From IMG/VR virus record IMGVR_UViG_3300032087_005129: a DNA stretch of 64,000 nt. One strand, written 5' to 3'. The position numbers and the translations under genes are program-made. Source of the stretch: a virus. The notes beneath the pieces were generated by a model that worked only from the letters and a program-made list of their open reading frames with translations, did no database searches and had not been told where the DNA came from. This document shows, in pieces, positions 19,511 through 29,205 of the stretch (position 1 is its first letter; every line of letters begins with the position of its first letter).

Positions 19511-19512
19511 TT

Positions 19513-20682
19513 ATGGATACAATCGAACAAAAGCCATGGCAAAAAGGTGTGCATATTGACATTATTAATGCCATCAAAGAAAACTACTCAGAGTGGAATC
19601 ATTACTCTCGTTCACCGTTTAGTGAAATGAATGGGCCTGCAATTGCTAGAGCGATTGATGAAGGTAAACTTGAAGAGATTAAACCGTTTGATGAATCTGA
19701 ACCTGTCGGATGGATTGAAACATCAATCGCAAAAACATCCACGACAGTCACAATGTTTTACGACGTAGCGATCACAAAGAGAGCAAAGGGTGATCGTGTG
19801 ATTACACGAATTGCTTGCCCGAAAGAATATGAGCATCTTTTACTCGAAAAGATCAACAGTTACGAAGAGTGTTGCTATCTTCACATTTGGCAAGAAGATG
19901 AATGGCTAAAGTCTATCGCTGAAAAGTGTGGGTTCAAGAGACTCGGTACAAAGATCAACACATTCTCTGAGATGACAGGTATCTATCGTAGAGATGCAAA
20001 AACATCACTGATGCCTTCCCCAGAACTTTTTATTGATGCTGCTGAAGAATCTACTCTGTTGAAACTCAATCTACCCGACTTTACTGAACTGTGTCAGAGC
20101 ATTTCAGATAAACTCTTGAGTGAGGGTGTTGAGTATCAAAATCACTATTCGAAGTACAACAAGAGCAAGTCTTGGGGTGCGATCTCACTTCGTGGTTACT
20201 CGCAAGATCCATCATTCATTGAGAATCCAAAATGCATGAATGACAAATGGCACAAAGAGCATGAAGGTGAAAACTTTGAATTGCAAGACACAGAGATGCG
20301 AGCGTTGTTTCCTGAAGTTGAGAAAATTCTTGAACACATTCCTGGTGTGTATCATCGCATTCGTTTCATGCGTCTGAAGCCTGGCGGTGGTGAACTTCAG
20401 CGTCACACCGATCAAGTTGAGCCAGATGCAGGTGTTCGTGATGAAAGACTCATTCGTTTGCATGTGCCGATCAAGACCAATCCACGAGTTGAGTTTAGTG
20501 CTTGGAACTGTGACGGTGAAAAGCGTTCGACAAATATGGTTCAAGGCTCAACATGGTATCTCGATATTCGAAAACCACACACCGCAATCAATCATGGTGA
20601 CGATGAAAGAATTCATCTTGTGATTGATGTTGAATCAAACGAAAAACTTAGAACATTATTGCGTAGTGGTGTTGAAGCATGA
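19513..20682 (+). CDS. Fusion of a GNAT-like N-domain and an Asp/Asn beta-hydroxylase-type 2OG-Fe(II) oxygenase
   Basis: RIRFMRLKPGGGELQRHTD...RLHVPIKTN...KPHTAINHGDDERIHLVID (HxD...H...R); AEKCGFKRLG in the N-half. Confidence 0.75.
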   Translation: MDTIEQKPWQKGVHIDIINAIKENYSEWNHYSRSPFSEMNGPAIARAIDEGKLEEIKPFDESEPVGWIETSIAKTSTTVTMFYDVAITKRAKGDRVITRIACPKEYEHLLLEKINSYEECCYLHIWQEDEWLKSIAEKCGFKRLGTKINTFSEMTGIYRRDAKTSLMPSPELFIDAAEESTLLKLNLPDFTELCQSISDKLLSEGVEYQNHYSKYNKSKSWGAISLRGYSQDPSFIENPKCMNDKWHKEHEGENFELQDTEMRALFPEVEKILEHIPGVYHRIRFMRLKPGGGELQRHTDQVEPDAGVRDERLIRLHVPIKTNPRVEFSAWNCDGEKRSTNMVQGSTWYLDIRKPHTAINHGDDERIHLVIDVESNEKLRTLLRSGVEA

Positions 20683-21119
20683 ATCATGCCACAATCGAAC
20701 AAAGCAAAGAGATATATGATTTCTTTTTAAAGAATCGTGATATCTTTCCACACATACGAAAAGACTATCTCGAAAGAAATCTAACCAAAGGCAACGTGAT
20801 CTATGAAGATGGTGTAATCGTTGTTTATGGACATTATCAAAGAAAGCAGCGTCTAGGTGAAGTACAAGCACAGAAAGGCGACTACATAATACACCAGATA
20901 CTCAACACTGAAAAGGGTAATGGTAAAGCAGGCGATGTGTTCGAAAGATTCTTTGAGTACATTGATGGTAACTTATGGTTGTGTGTTCGTGATGAGAACG
21001 AAAGAGCCATAAGATTTTACGAAAAAGTTGGTTTTGAAAAAGAAGGTAAGATTTATTGGAAATCAGGTGAACTGCCAGGTACGGTTTTTTGCAAAAGAAA
21101 GTTTGACTTTTTCAGATAA
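20679..21119 (+). CDS. GNAT-family acetyltransferase
   Basis: KGNGKAG acetyl-CoA loop; LCVRDENERAIRFYEKVGF. Confidence 0.85.
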   Translation: MNHATIEQSKEIYDFFLKNRDIFPHIRKDYLERNLTKGNVIYEDGVIVVYGHYQRKQRLGEVQAQKGDYIIHQILNTEKGNGKAGDVFERFFEYIDGNLWLCVRDENERAIRFYEKVGFEKEGKIYWKSGELPGTVFCKRKFDFFR

Positions 21120-21130
21120 TACCGTATAAT
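21103..21130 (+). promoter_or_regulatory. Sigma70-type promoter for uvsX
   Basis: TTGACT-16-TATAAT. Confidence 0.7.
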
Positions 21131-21147
21131 TTGATCAAGGAGATATT

Positions 21148-22206
21148 ATGAGTGATTTACTAAAATCTATGGTGAAGGTGTCGGGTAACACCTACGCAAA
21201 TGTCGTGAATGAAGGTATTGAATCAGACATCAATGGCTTTGTTGATACTGGTTCGTACACGTTCAATGCCCTATTGTCTGGTTCTATCTACGGTGGCATT
21301 CCAGACAACAAGATTCTTGCGATTGCTGGTGAGTCTGCAACAGGTAAAACTTTTTTCACAATTAGTATTGTGCAGAAGTTTTTGATTGACAATCCAGATG
21401 CCGTTGTTCTTTACTTTGATTCAGAGCAGGCTGTTACCTCAGAAATGCTTACATCAAGAGGTGTCGATGCAGAACGCATTGCAGTTTTTCCTGTAGCAAC
21501 TGTCGAAGATTTTAGACATCAGTGCATCCAAATTGTAGATAACTATCGTGAACTACCTAGAGAAGATCAGAAGCCCATGCTTATTGTTCTTGACTCTCTC
21601 GGTATGCTTTCAACTACAAAAGAAATGAAAGACACCGCAGAAGGTAAAGACGTTCGTGATATGACACGAGCCCAAGTTGTGAAGTCTACCTTCAGAACAC
21701 TTACACTCAAACTTGGTGAAGCAGGCATTCCTTTGATTATGACAAATCACACATACAAGGTTGTCGGTGCTTATGTGCCTATGTCTGAGATGGGTGGTGG
21801 TACTGGATTGAAGTATGCTGCTTCTACTATCGTGTATCTCACAAAGAAGAAAGTGAAAGAAGGCACCGACGTTGTTGGTAATATCATTCACTGTAAACTT
21901 TACAAAGGTCGTTTGACGAAAGAAAACTCTGTCGTTGATGTTTTGCTGAACTATGAGTCTGGTGTGAATCCATACTACGGTTTGCTAGACATTGCATTGA
22001 AGCATGGTATTGTGAAGAAGTCTACGACACGATACGAGTTTCCTGATGGATCAAAAGCGTTTGAAAAAGCAATCTACAAAGATCCTGACAAATACTTCAC
22101 AGAAGATATTATGAATCAGATTGATGAAGCATGTAAGAAAGAGTTTCTTTATGGCACTTCAGTAGAGGATGATACAACTGCGACATTGGAGTTAGAAAGC
22201 GAATGA
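21148..22206 (+). CDS. uvsX: RecA-like recombinase
   Basis: AGESATGKT, YFDSE, LDSLGML, MGGGTGLKYAAS. Confidence 0.95.
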   Translation: MSDLLKSMVKVSGNTYANVVNEGIESDINGFVDTGSYTFNALLSGSIYGGIPDNKILAIAGESATGKTFFTISIVQKFLIDNPDAVVLYFDSEQAVTSEMLTSRGVDAERIAVFPVATVEDFRHQCIQIVDNYRELPREDQKPMLIVLDSLGMLSTTKEMKDTAEGKDVRDMTRAQVVKSTFRTLTLKLGEAGIPLIMTNHTYKVVGAYVPMSEMGGGTGLKYAASTIVYLTKKKVKEGTDVVGNIIHCKLYKGRLTKENSVVDVLLNYESGVNPYYGLLDIALKHGIVKKSTTRYEFPDGSKAFEKAIYKDPDKYFTEDIMNQIDEACKKEFLYGTSVEDDTTATLELESE

Positions 22207-23114
22207 AGTGTCTTGTGACAGGTGGCTCCGGATTTATTGGATCACACATTGTTGACTGTCTTGTGTCCAAAGGTCAACATGTTGTGGTCATCGACAATGA
22301 ATCTGCTGACTGTCACGATCACTTCTACCACAATGACAAAGCAGAATACTACAAGTACGACATTTGCGACTTCGACAAAATAAAAAATTTGTTTGATGGT
22401 GTTGATTTTGTTTATCATTGTGCCGCCGAAGCAAGAATACAACCGTCGATTGAAAACCCATTTCTTACAACAAACACAAACGTAAATGGTACGCTGAGTG
22501 TTCTTGAAGCATCGAAGCGGGCTGATGTTAGGCGTGTAATTTATTCTTCTACATCATCGTCTTACGGCCATGGTCATGTGCCAAATCACGAAAGTTTACC
22601 AGAAGACTGTTTGACACCATATTCGGTATCAAAAGTCACAGGCGAAAAACTATGTCGTGTTTACAGTGATCTCTACAATCTTGAAACAGTTGTCTTGCGT
22701 TACTTCAATGTGTATGGTGATCGTTCACCCCTTAGAGGTCACTATGCACCTGTGATTGGTAAATTCTTGATGCAGAAGAAGAACAACATGCCCCTCACAA
22801 TCATTGGTGATGGTTCTCAAACAAGAGACTTCACGCATATTTCTGATGTAGTTGATGCAAATATTCTTGCTTCAGTTTGTGTTCTTCCGATTGCAAAGCA
22901 GCGTGTCTTTAACATCGGTACTGGTAAACCAATCAGCATCAAAGAACTTGCTGACATCATATCAGGTGATCAGGTGCACCTGCGGAAGCGACCAGGTGAG
23001 GTTCAAGACACACAAGCACTAAACGCAAAAGCACGAACTGTGATCGGTAAAGACAAGTATGTTGATCTTCGTGAATGGTTGAAAGAAGAACTGGAGAAAC
23101 AAAATGAAAATTGA
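22203..23114 (+). CDS. NAD-dependent nucleotide-sugar epimerase/dehydratase
   Basis: VTGGSGFIGSH, YSVSK, LRYFNVYG, TRDFTHISD. Confidence 0.92.
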   Translation: MKCLVTGGSGFIGSHIVDCLVSKGQHVVVIDNESADCHDHFYHNDKAEYYKYDICDFDKIKNLFDGVDFVYHCAAEARIQPSIENPFLTTNTNVNGTLSVLEASKRADVRRVIYSSTSSSYGHGHVPNHESLPEDCLTPYSVSKVTGEKLCRVYSDLYNLETVVLRYFNVYGDRSPLRGHYAPVIGKFLMQKKNNMPLTIIGDGSQTRDFTHISDVVDANILASVCVLPIAKQRVFNIGTGKPISIKELADIISGDQVHLRKRPGEVQDTQALNAKARTVIGKDKYVDLREWLKEELEKQNEN

Positions 23115-23760
23115 TTTGTTGAATGAGAGGGTTCGATGGATCAATGTCGAATCTGACAAGATCAAAGCAGAGCAAATGGTTGAACTCTTGGATCGACTTG
23201 AGTTTAAAAATGCAGAGCGATTTAACGCAATTACATCAGTCAACGTAAAAGAAAAAAATGATTTCTATGTCACTCATTGTTGTGGTGAATCACACTTTCA
23301 CACGCTCGAAGACACTATTATTAAAGACGGTAAGCCTGTTTTAATTTTCGAAGATGATATTGAAGTTGAACAAAAAAACTTTAAACCGGTTCTTAATATA
23401 CCAAATGATGCTGACGCACTTTACCTAGGCACATCACATGGTGATGGTAAGTATGAAGCACTGGCAGTAAATGAATATTTGTATAAGATTAAAAGAGTTT
23501 TTGCGTGTCATGCCATTTTGTTTTTAAACCCTGCGTATGCGAAAGCAGTGGTCGAAGATGGTAGAAACACAATCTATAATTTAAATGGGCCTTTTGATGT
23601 AACACTAGCATACAACGTTCAACCAAAATACAATGTTTACGCTGTTCGTGATCCGTTCTTCTTTCAAGCAGATGCAAAGAACACTACAAACATGTATGAA
23701 AATATCACAAGAACACCTTTGTTTCCTAAAAAAGTATTTAATACGGTGATGGGTGCCTGA
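23104..23760 (+). CDS. Glycosyltransferase, GT25-like
   Basis: WINV...ERFNAI, C..SH, VLIFEDD, LYLG, HAILF. Confidence 0.65.
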   Translation: MKIDLLNERVRWINVESDKIKAEQMVELLDRLEFKNAERFNAITSVNVKEKNDFYVTHCCGESHFHTLEDTIIKDGKPVLIFEDDIEVEQKNFKPVLNIPNDADALYLGTSHGDGKYEALAVNEYLYKIKRVFACHAILFLNPAYAKAVVEDGRNTIYNLNGPFDVTLAYNVQPKYNVYAVRDPFFFQADAKNTTNMYENITRTPLFPKKVFNTVMGA

Positions 23761-24557
23761 TGATCACATATTCTAACATCGGTTATTTTGGTAGACTTGG
23801 CAATCAAATGTTTCAATACGCTTCACTTGTAGGTATTGCAACACACAGAAACTTTGATTATGGTATACCATACAAAAATGCCGATATAGAAAAAACAATG
23901 AACGTCAGAACAGGTCCAGAAAAACTTGAACTTACGTCTGTATTTAAAAATTTAAAAGCAAAAGATGTTACAGTCGAAAAACCGAAAACTGTTTACTATG
24001 ATGTTGCCTGCAAGCATGAGCCAATGTATGTTGAACTCATAGAAGATGACATGGATATTCTCGGTTACTTTCAAAGCGAAAAGTATTTTTCACATTGTAA
24101 ACAAAATATTCGTGAGCAGTTTGCTTTTGATACGAGAGAGCATATGATCTCTTGGCATCACGTTAACAAAGGTACTTACGACTATCCAGTGTGTGTCCAT
24201 GTTCGCAGAGGAGACTATGTTCAGTATGAAGGAATACATGACTTTCCTGGCAAGGATTATTACCATGAAGCGATGAAACAATTTCCTGATGGTCGTTTTG
24301 TTTTTTACTCAGATGACTTAGATTGGTGCCGCGAAGAGTTTCCTGGTCACGATTATATGGATCAAAAGAATCCATACCTAGCACTTCAGTCTATGAGTTG
24401 TTGCCGAGGACACATCATTGCAAACAGTAGTTTCAGTTGGTGGGCAGCGTGGCTCAGAGGTGAGAATGGTAAGACTGTAGCACCAGCAAAATGGTTTGGG
24501 CCCAAAGGTCAGCAAGATTGGCAAGATATTTACTGCGAAGGATGGTTAGTTATATGA
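23760..24557 (+). CDS. Alpha-1,2-fucosyl/colitosyltransferase (GT11)
   Basis: GRLGNQMFQYA, GYFQSEKYF, HVRRGDY, IANSSFSWWAAWL. Confidence 0.92.
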   Translation: MITYSNIGYFGRLGNQMFQYASLVGIATHRNFDYGIPYKNADIEKTMNVRTGPEKLELTSVFKNLKAKDVTVEKPKTVYYDVACKHEPMYVELIEDDMDILGYFQSEKYFSHCKQNIREQFAFDTREHMISWHHVNKGTYDYPVCVHVRRGDYVQYEGIHDFPGKDYYHEAMKQFPDGRFVFYSDDLDWCREEFPGHDYMDQKNPYLALQSMSCCRGHIIANSSFSWWAAWLRGENGKTVAPAKWFGPKGQQDWQDIYCEGWLVI

Positions 24558-25381
24558 AAGATAAGCAACTACACTGCATTAATGCATCCTTCGATCACTC
24601 ACACGGGTCTAATCACATTGTAAAACCAAAATTTACATGGTTGCACAATCAATTACCAACAGACAAAAGTAAACCTGTTGTTGTAATCGATTCATTATTG
24701 ATGAAGTTTATGCCTTTGCATGAAAAGCACGATTCGGTATACGCTTGGTTGTGTGAATCAAGTGCCATTATTGAAGACACGATAAAATTTGTAAAGGAAA
24801 ATTTAGATGATGTGATGAGTTGTTATAAAAAAGTTTTTTCTTGTGATCATTCTTTAGTTTCTATGCATGACAGAATTGAATTTTGCCCGTCAGGTAGTAA
24901 CATGCCTTGGGTCGTAGATGAACCAAAAGATAAAACTAACTTGGTTTCAATTATAGCCTCAGGAAAAAATACAACAGATGGTCATAAAAAAAGAAACGCT
25001 TGTGTGCAACATTGTTTGAACAATCCTGGTTTTGATGTGTATGGTAGGTCTTTTAATCCAATTGACAGAAAAGAAGAAGCCATGCTGCCTTACATGTTTT
25101 CGTTGGTGTATGAGAATCATTGCTATGACAAATACTACACCGAAAAAATAACAGACTGTTTTGCAAGTAAAACAATACCAATTTACTGGGGAACAAAACT
25201 TGTATGTGAAGATTTTAATCCTGATGGTATTATGTTTGTTGATGACCTGAACGATACAAAAATATCACCAGAGTTATATCATAGTAAACTTGATGCAATA
25301 AATGATAATTACGAACGAGTCAAAAAACTTGTGCCGGCTGACAATATCATTTATGAAAAAATTACGGGAGATAAACTTTGA
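24554..25381 (+). CDS. GT10-like glycosyltransferase
   Basis: YMFSLVYEN..YYTEKITDCF..TIPIYWG; ATG overlaps the previous stop. Confidence 0.75.
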   Translation: MKDKQLHCINASFDHSHGSNHIVKPKFTWLHNQLPTDKSKPVVVIDSLLMKFMPLHEKHDSVYAWLCESSAIIEDTIKFVKENLDDVMSCYKKVFSCDHSLVSMHDRIEFCPSGSNMPWVVDEPKDKTNLVSIIASGKNTTDGHKKRNACVQHCLNNPGFDVYGRSFNPIDRKEEAMLPYMFSLVYENHCYDKYYTEKITDCFASKTIPIYWGTKLVCEDFNPDGIMFVDDLNDTKISPELYHSKLDAINDNYERVKKLVPADNIIYEKITGDKL

Positions 25382-26301
25382 AATACGATAATGTAATTTT
25401 CTTTAACTATTTTCATTTGGGCGATTTACATATCTCTCGAAACTATATCAAAAAAATAATGTCTAGAATTCCAGCAAACAATTACTTCGAAACTAATCAG
25501 TATGGTGAAGACGTTCTAAAAGACATTGACAATTTACAGTATTTAAGATGGCACTCTTTTACAAACTTTTGCGGTGTTCGTTATGATGTTCCTTTTGCTG
25601 TGAGCATGAATGGTGATCTTAGAACATTGTTTGTAAATACATGGGTTGGTCAAAATCAACCTCTCAATAAAATGCCTAGAGATGATGGTGTTTGTACGTT
25701 TAGAAGAAACAACGAAAACTATAATCTGATACTAAGAGAACTTGGTGTTGAAGAAATACGAGATGATGATGTTGATGTTTTTCCTAGTATCAATTATGAA
25801 AAATATGAAATTGAAAATGTTGATTCGTTCTTAAGCAAGACATTCGGGCCATTTGTTTTATTGTTTAACAACGAGGTAAAATCAGGTCAGTGTGAAAATT
25901 TTGATTTTGATCCCATTGTTGAAAAACTCTGCAAAGAGTTTTCTGAGCATAAGTTTATCTTGAGCAACGACACTGAACTGACCAAAGATAAATCAATCAA
26001 CAACATTTTTTCTGCAAGCGAGATAATTAAAAAAGATTCTATGGATTTAAATGAACTTTCATACCTAAGTACCTTCTGTGATGTTTTGATTGGTCGCAAC
26101 TCAGGGCCACAAACCTTTGCGTATGTCATAGAAAATTTCTTGTGTCCCGATAAAAAGAACATTACAATATGTGATCATAAAAATGAATCTGATTACATGG
26201 CAAGCACATATGAAGAATGCAAAATGAAAACATACTGGATGAAATATGGCGAAAAAGATGTGTTTGAGTTTATAAAGGAATCAATCAATGAAACTAAATG
26301 A
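25378..26301 (+). CDS. Putative glycosyltransferase (GT-B/GT9-like)
   Basis: HLGDL near the N-terminus, CDVLIGRNSGP near the C-terminus; inside the sugar cluster. Confidence 0.45.
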   Translation: MKYDNVIFFNYFHLGDLHISRNYIKKIMSRIPANNYFETNQYGEDVLKDIDNLQYLRWHSFTNFCGVRYDVPFAVSMNGDLRTLFVNTWVGQNQPLNKMPRDDGVCTFRRNNENYNLILRELGVEEIRDDDVDVFPSINYEKYEIENVDSFLSKTFGPFVLLFNNEVKSGQCENFDFDPIVEKLCKEFSEHKFILSNDTELTKDKSINNIFSASEIIKKDSMDLNELSYLSTFCDVLIGRNSGPQTFAYVIENFLCPDKKNITICDHKNESDYMASTYEECKMKTYWMKYGEKDVFEFIKESINETK

Positions 26302-26581
26302 ATATTACGTTTGTGATACCGATGGATACATTGTCGAAAAAGTCAACGCAAACACACTTCTAAACGTCACTCAACCCGATGGTTCTAGTTGTTGGACACT
26401 AAAAAATGTAAACGGTACTGAAGTTTGTCGTGCCGAAGAACCAAATGAAACTTTTTGCCACTACTCTTGTTGGGTTGATCCTGATGCAAAATTTAGTGAC
26501 AAAGTAAGAGAGGGTGCTGAAAAAGAATTTGACTTTTTTATGAAACATGGTTATCATATGAATGAAAGGAAAAGTGAATGA
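26288..26581 (+). CDS. Hypothetical protein
   Basis: Coupled ORF in the operon. Confidence 0.55.
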   Translation: MKLNEYYVCDTDGYIVEKVNANTLLNVTQPDGSSCWTLKNVNGTEVCRAEEPNETFCHYSCWVDPDAKFSDKVREGAEKEFDFFMKHGYHMNERKSE

Positions 26582-26964
26582 AGGTTGAAGTTGCAATTGG
26601 TGAGGTGTTCGACAAAATTACTATTCTTGACATTAAGTTAGAAAGAATCGAAGATGAAGATAGATTGTCTTTCGTAAAGAAAGAGAAAGAGACTTTAGAG
26701 AAGGCGTTAGAAGAAGAGTCTCTAAGAATGAATCCTTTTTTGTATTCTGAACTGCGTGATGTCAACATGAAAATTTGGGACACAGAGGCAGGCTTTCGTG
26801 AGAAAGAGGCAAAGCAAGAATTTGATGATGAGTTTGTTGAGTTTGCAAGACTCAATGCCAAATACAATGACGAAAGATTTTTAATTAAGAAAAGAATCAA
26901 CGAATACTATGAGTGTGAAATAAGAGAACAAAAATCATATGACAGACTTTATACTTCAGATTGA
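26578..26964 (+). CDS. DUF6165-like protein
   Basis: VAIGEVFDKITILDIKLERI...NDERFLIKKRIN...EQKSY. Confidence 0.65.
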   Translation: MKVEVAIGEVFDKITILDIKLERIEDEDRLSFVKKEKETLEKALEEESLRMNPFLYSELRDVNMKIWDTEAGFREKEAKQEFDDEFVEFARLNAKYNDERFLIKKRINEYYECEIREQKSYDRLYTSD

Positions 26965-28063
26965 ACCATGGATTGATAGTGCTGAACTTGATGAACTCAA
27001 AAAGGTTGTTGACTCAACATTTGTAGTTGAGCATGACCTAACAAAAGAGTTTGAACAACGAATATGTGACCTTACAGGCTCAAAGTATGCTGTTGCAATT
27101 ACAAATGGCACGGCTGCTTTGTATTGTTGTATCAAGGCGTTAGGTATTGGTCCTGGTGACGAAGTTATTGTTCCGAACATAACTTTTATTGCTTCTGCTA
27201 ACGCCGTTTTAATGGCAGGGGCCAAGCCTATCATATGTGAAGTAGATGATAAGACATTCTGCATTGATCTCAAAAAAGCAGAAAAGTGTATCAACAAAAA
27301 AACAAAAGCAATTATGCCTGTGCATTTGTATGGGCAAAGTTGTGACATGACAGCCCTCAAAAAATTTGTAAAGAAGCATAAGATTCATATGATTGAAGAC
27401 GCCGCACAAGGCGTTGGTGTTCTTTACAAAGACAAACATGTTGGTACATTTGGTGATCTTGGTGTTCTTTCTTTTTATGGCAACAAAACCATTACATGCG
27501 GTGAGGGTGGTGTGATTATTACAGATGATGAAGAACTAAGAAATGAGTGCTATCGTCTAAAGAATCATGGTCGTGACAAAAAAGGTTTCTTGCACCCTTA
27601 CATCGGATTCAACTTTTGTTTTACTGAAATGCAAGCAGCCATTGGTGTTTCACAAATGAAGAAACTACCTTTTATTCTTGAGAAGAAAAAAAGTATCTAT
27701 GATCTTTATCAAGAACATTTACATGGTATCTCTGATTGTTTTGAGTCTGCTTACATCTCACCAAAATGCACACCTGTTCACTGGTTTACTTCTTTCTTAA
27801 CATCTCACAAAAAAGAATTTATGAACCACATGACAGAAAACAAAATTCAAACAAGAGAGTTTTTCTATCCATTACATATGCAACCATGTTACAATGGTGA
27901 AGTAAAATTTATGCGTGGTAAATATCGTGTAAGCGAAAATGCGTATGAAAAAGGTATTTCTTTACCATCTTCTTACAGTCTCACTAAGAAAGATCAGATG
28001 TATGTCATAAATAAAATTGAACAGTTTATATCAATGAAAGATTCTCTATGCAATGGAAATTAA
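26939..28063 (+). CDS. DegT/DnrJ PLP aminotransferase (perosamine synthase-like)
   Basis: PVHLYGQ, EDAAQ, SFYGNKTITCGEGG with the catalytic Lys. Confidence 0.9.
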   Translation: MTDFILQIEPWIDSAELDELKKVVDSTFVVEHDLTKEFEQRICDLTGSKYAVAITNGTAALYCCIKALGIGPGDEVIVPNITFIASANAVLMAGAKPIICEVDDKTFCIDLKKAEKCINKKTKAIMPVHLYGQSCDMTALKKFVKKHKIHMIEDAAQGVGVLYKDKHVGTFGDLGVLSFYGNKTITCGEGGVIITDDEELRNECYRLKNHGRDKKGFLHPYIGFNFCFTEMQAAIGVSQMKKLPFILEKKKSIYDLYQEHLHGISDCFESAYISPKCTPVHWFTSFLTSHKKEFMNHMTENKIQTREFFYPLHMQPCYNGEVKFMRGKYRVSENAYEKGISLPSSYSLTKKDQMYVINKIEQFISMKDSLCNGN

Positions 28064-29205
28064 TGACTGACGATGCCATTACAGATTATGAAAGATCAAG
28101 AATTTCACAGTTTGTAACCGATTCACCAAAACTCACGCAAGGTAAAGTTGTAAAACAATTTGAAAAAGAATGGTCAGAATGGTTGGGCTGTAAATATTCG
28201 GTCTTCGTAAACTCTGGTTCATCAGCGAACTTAATGATTGTTCGAGCCTTGTCTGGTGGCATACAAGAAAAACAAAAGTGGGTATCTCAGGCTTGCACTT
28301 GGTCTACTGCCGTATCACCAATCATGCAACACGGCGACTTACAACTGTGTGATGTTGACTTGAGAAACTTTGGTCCTGATCTTGAAAATCTAGAGCATAT
28401 ATTCAAAACACAACAGCCAAAATTTTTGTTTCTCACACACCTTCTAGGCTTCTGTTCTCTAACACAAGAACTTTTAGATCTCTGCGAGAAGTATGATGTG
28501 ACAATTGTTGAAGATTGCTGCGAGTCACACGGCGCAAAGTTTGGTGATAAGAAAGTTGGTACGAATGGTATCGCTTCATCTTTTTCATTTTACTATGGGC
28601 ATCACATGACAACAATCGAAGGTGGTATGATTTGCACAAACGATGAGTCTTTGTATCACGAACTTCTTCTTTTGCGATCTCATGGTCTTCTTCGAGAACT
28701 ACCTGAGTCTGAACAAGAGAAAAGAAAGAGTGAGTCGGTAGATCCATTGTTTACGTTTGTTCGTGATGGTTATAACCTGAGAGGAACAGACATTCATGCG
28801 TTTTTAGGAACCATACAGTTGCCTTTGCTTGATCGTTCGATTCAGCATCGAAACGAAAACTACAAAACATTTATTAACAATCTAAATTCAAACTACTACA
28901 AGATTGATTTTAACTCTGAAGGTTGTAGCAACTTTGCTTTTCCAATTTTTACAAAGAAAAACAATGTAGAAAAAATTAAGTCTGTTCTCAGAGAAAACAA
29001 TATTGAATACAGGCCTTGTATTGCTGGTAATCTTTACGAGCATCCCTTTATGAAACAAATCAAACAAGAGAGATTTGATAGTAACGCTAGGCAGATTCAC
29101 GAGAATTGTATCTACGTCGGTAATCACAAGGATGTTACAAGTGAGATGGTAAAAAATCTATGTGAAATACTAAACTCGGTAGGAGAAAATGATAATGCAA
29201 AGTGA
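28048..29205 (+). CDS. DegT-family 3-dehydratase (ColD-like)
   Basis: VNSGSSANL, EDCCESHG, SFYYGHHMTTIEGG with His replacing the Schiff-base Lys. Confidence 0.8.
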   Translation: MQWKLMTDDAITDYERSRISQFVTDSPKLTQGKVVKQFEKEWSEWLGCKYSVFVNSGSSANLMIVRALSGGIQEKQKWVSQACTWSTAVSPIMQHGDLQLCDVDLRNFGPDLENLEHIFKTQQPKFLFLTHLLGFCSLTQELLDLCEKYDVTIVEDCCESHGAKFGDKKVGTNGIASSFSFYYGHHMTTIEGGMICTNDESLYHELLLLRSHGLLRELPESEQEKRKSESVDPLFTFVRDGYNLRGTDIHAFLGTIQLPLLDRSIQHRNENYKTFINNLNSNYYKIDFNSEGCSNFAFPIFTKKNNVEKIKSVLRENNIEYRPCIAGNLYEHPFMKQIKQERFDSNARQIHENCIYVGNHKDVTSEMVKNLCEILNSVGENDNAK

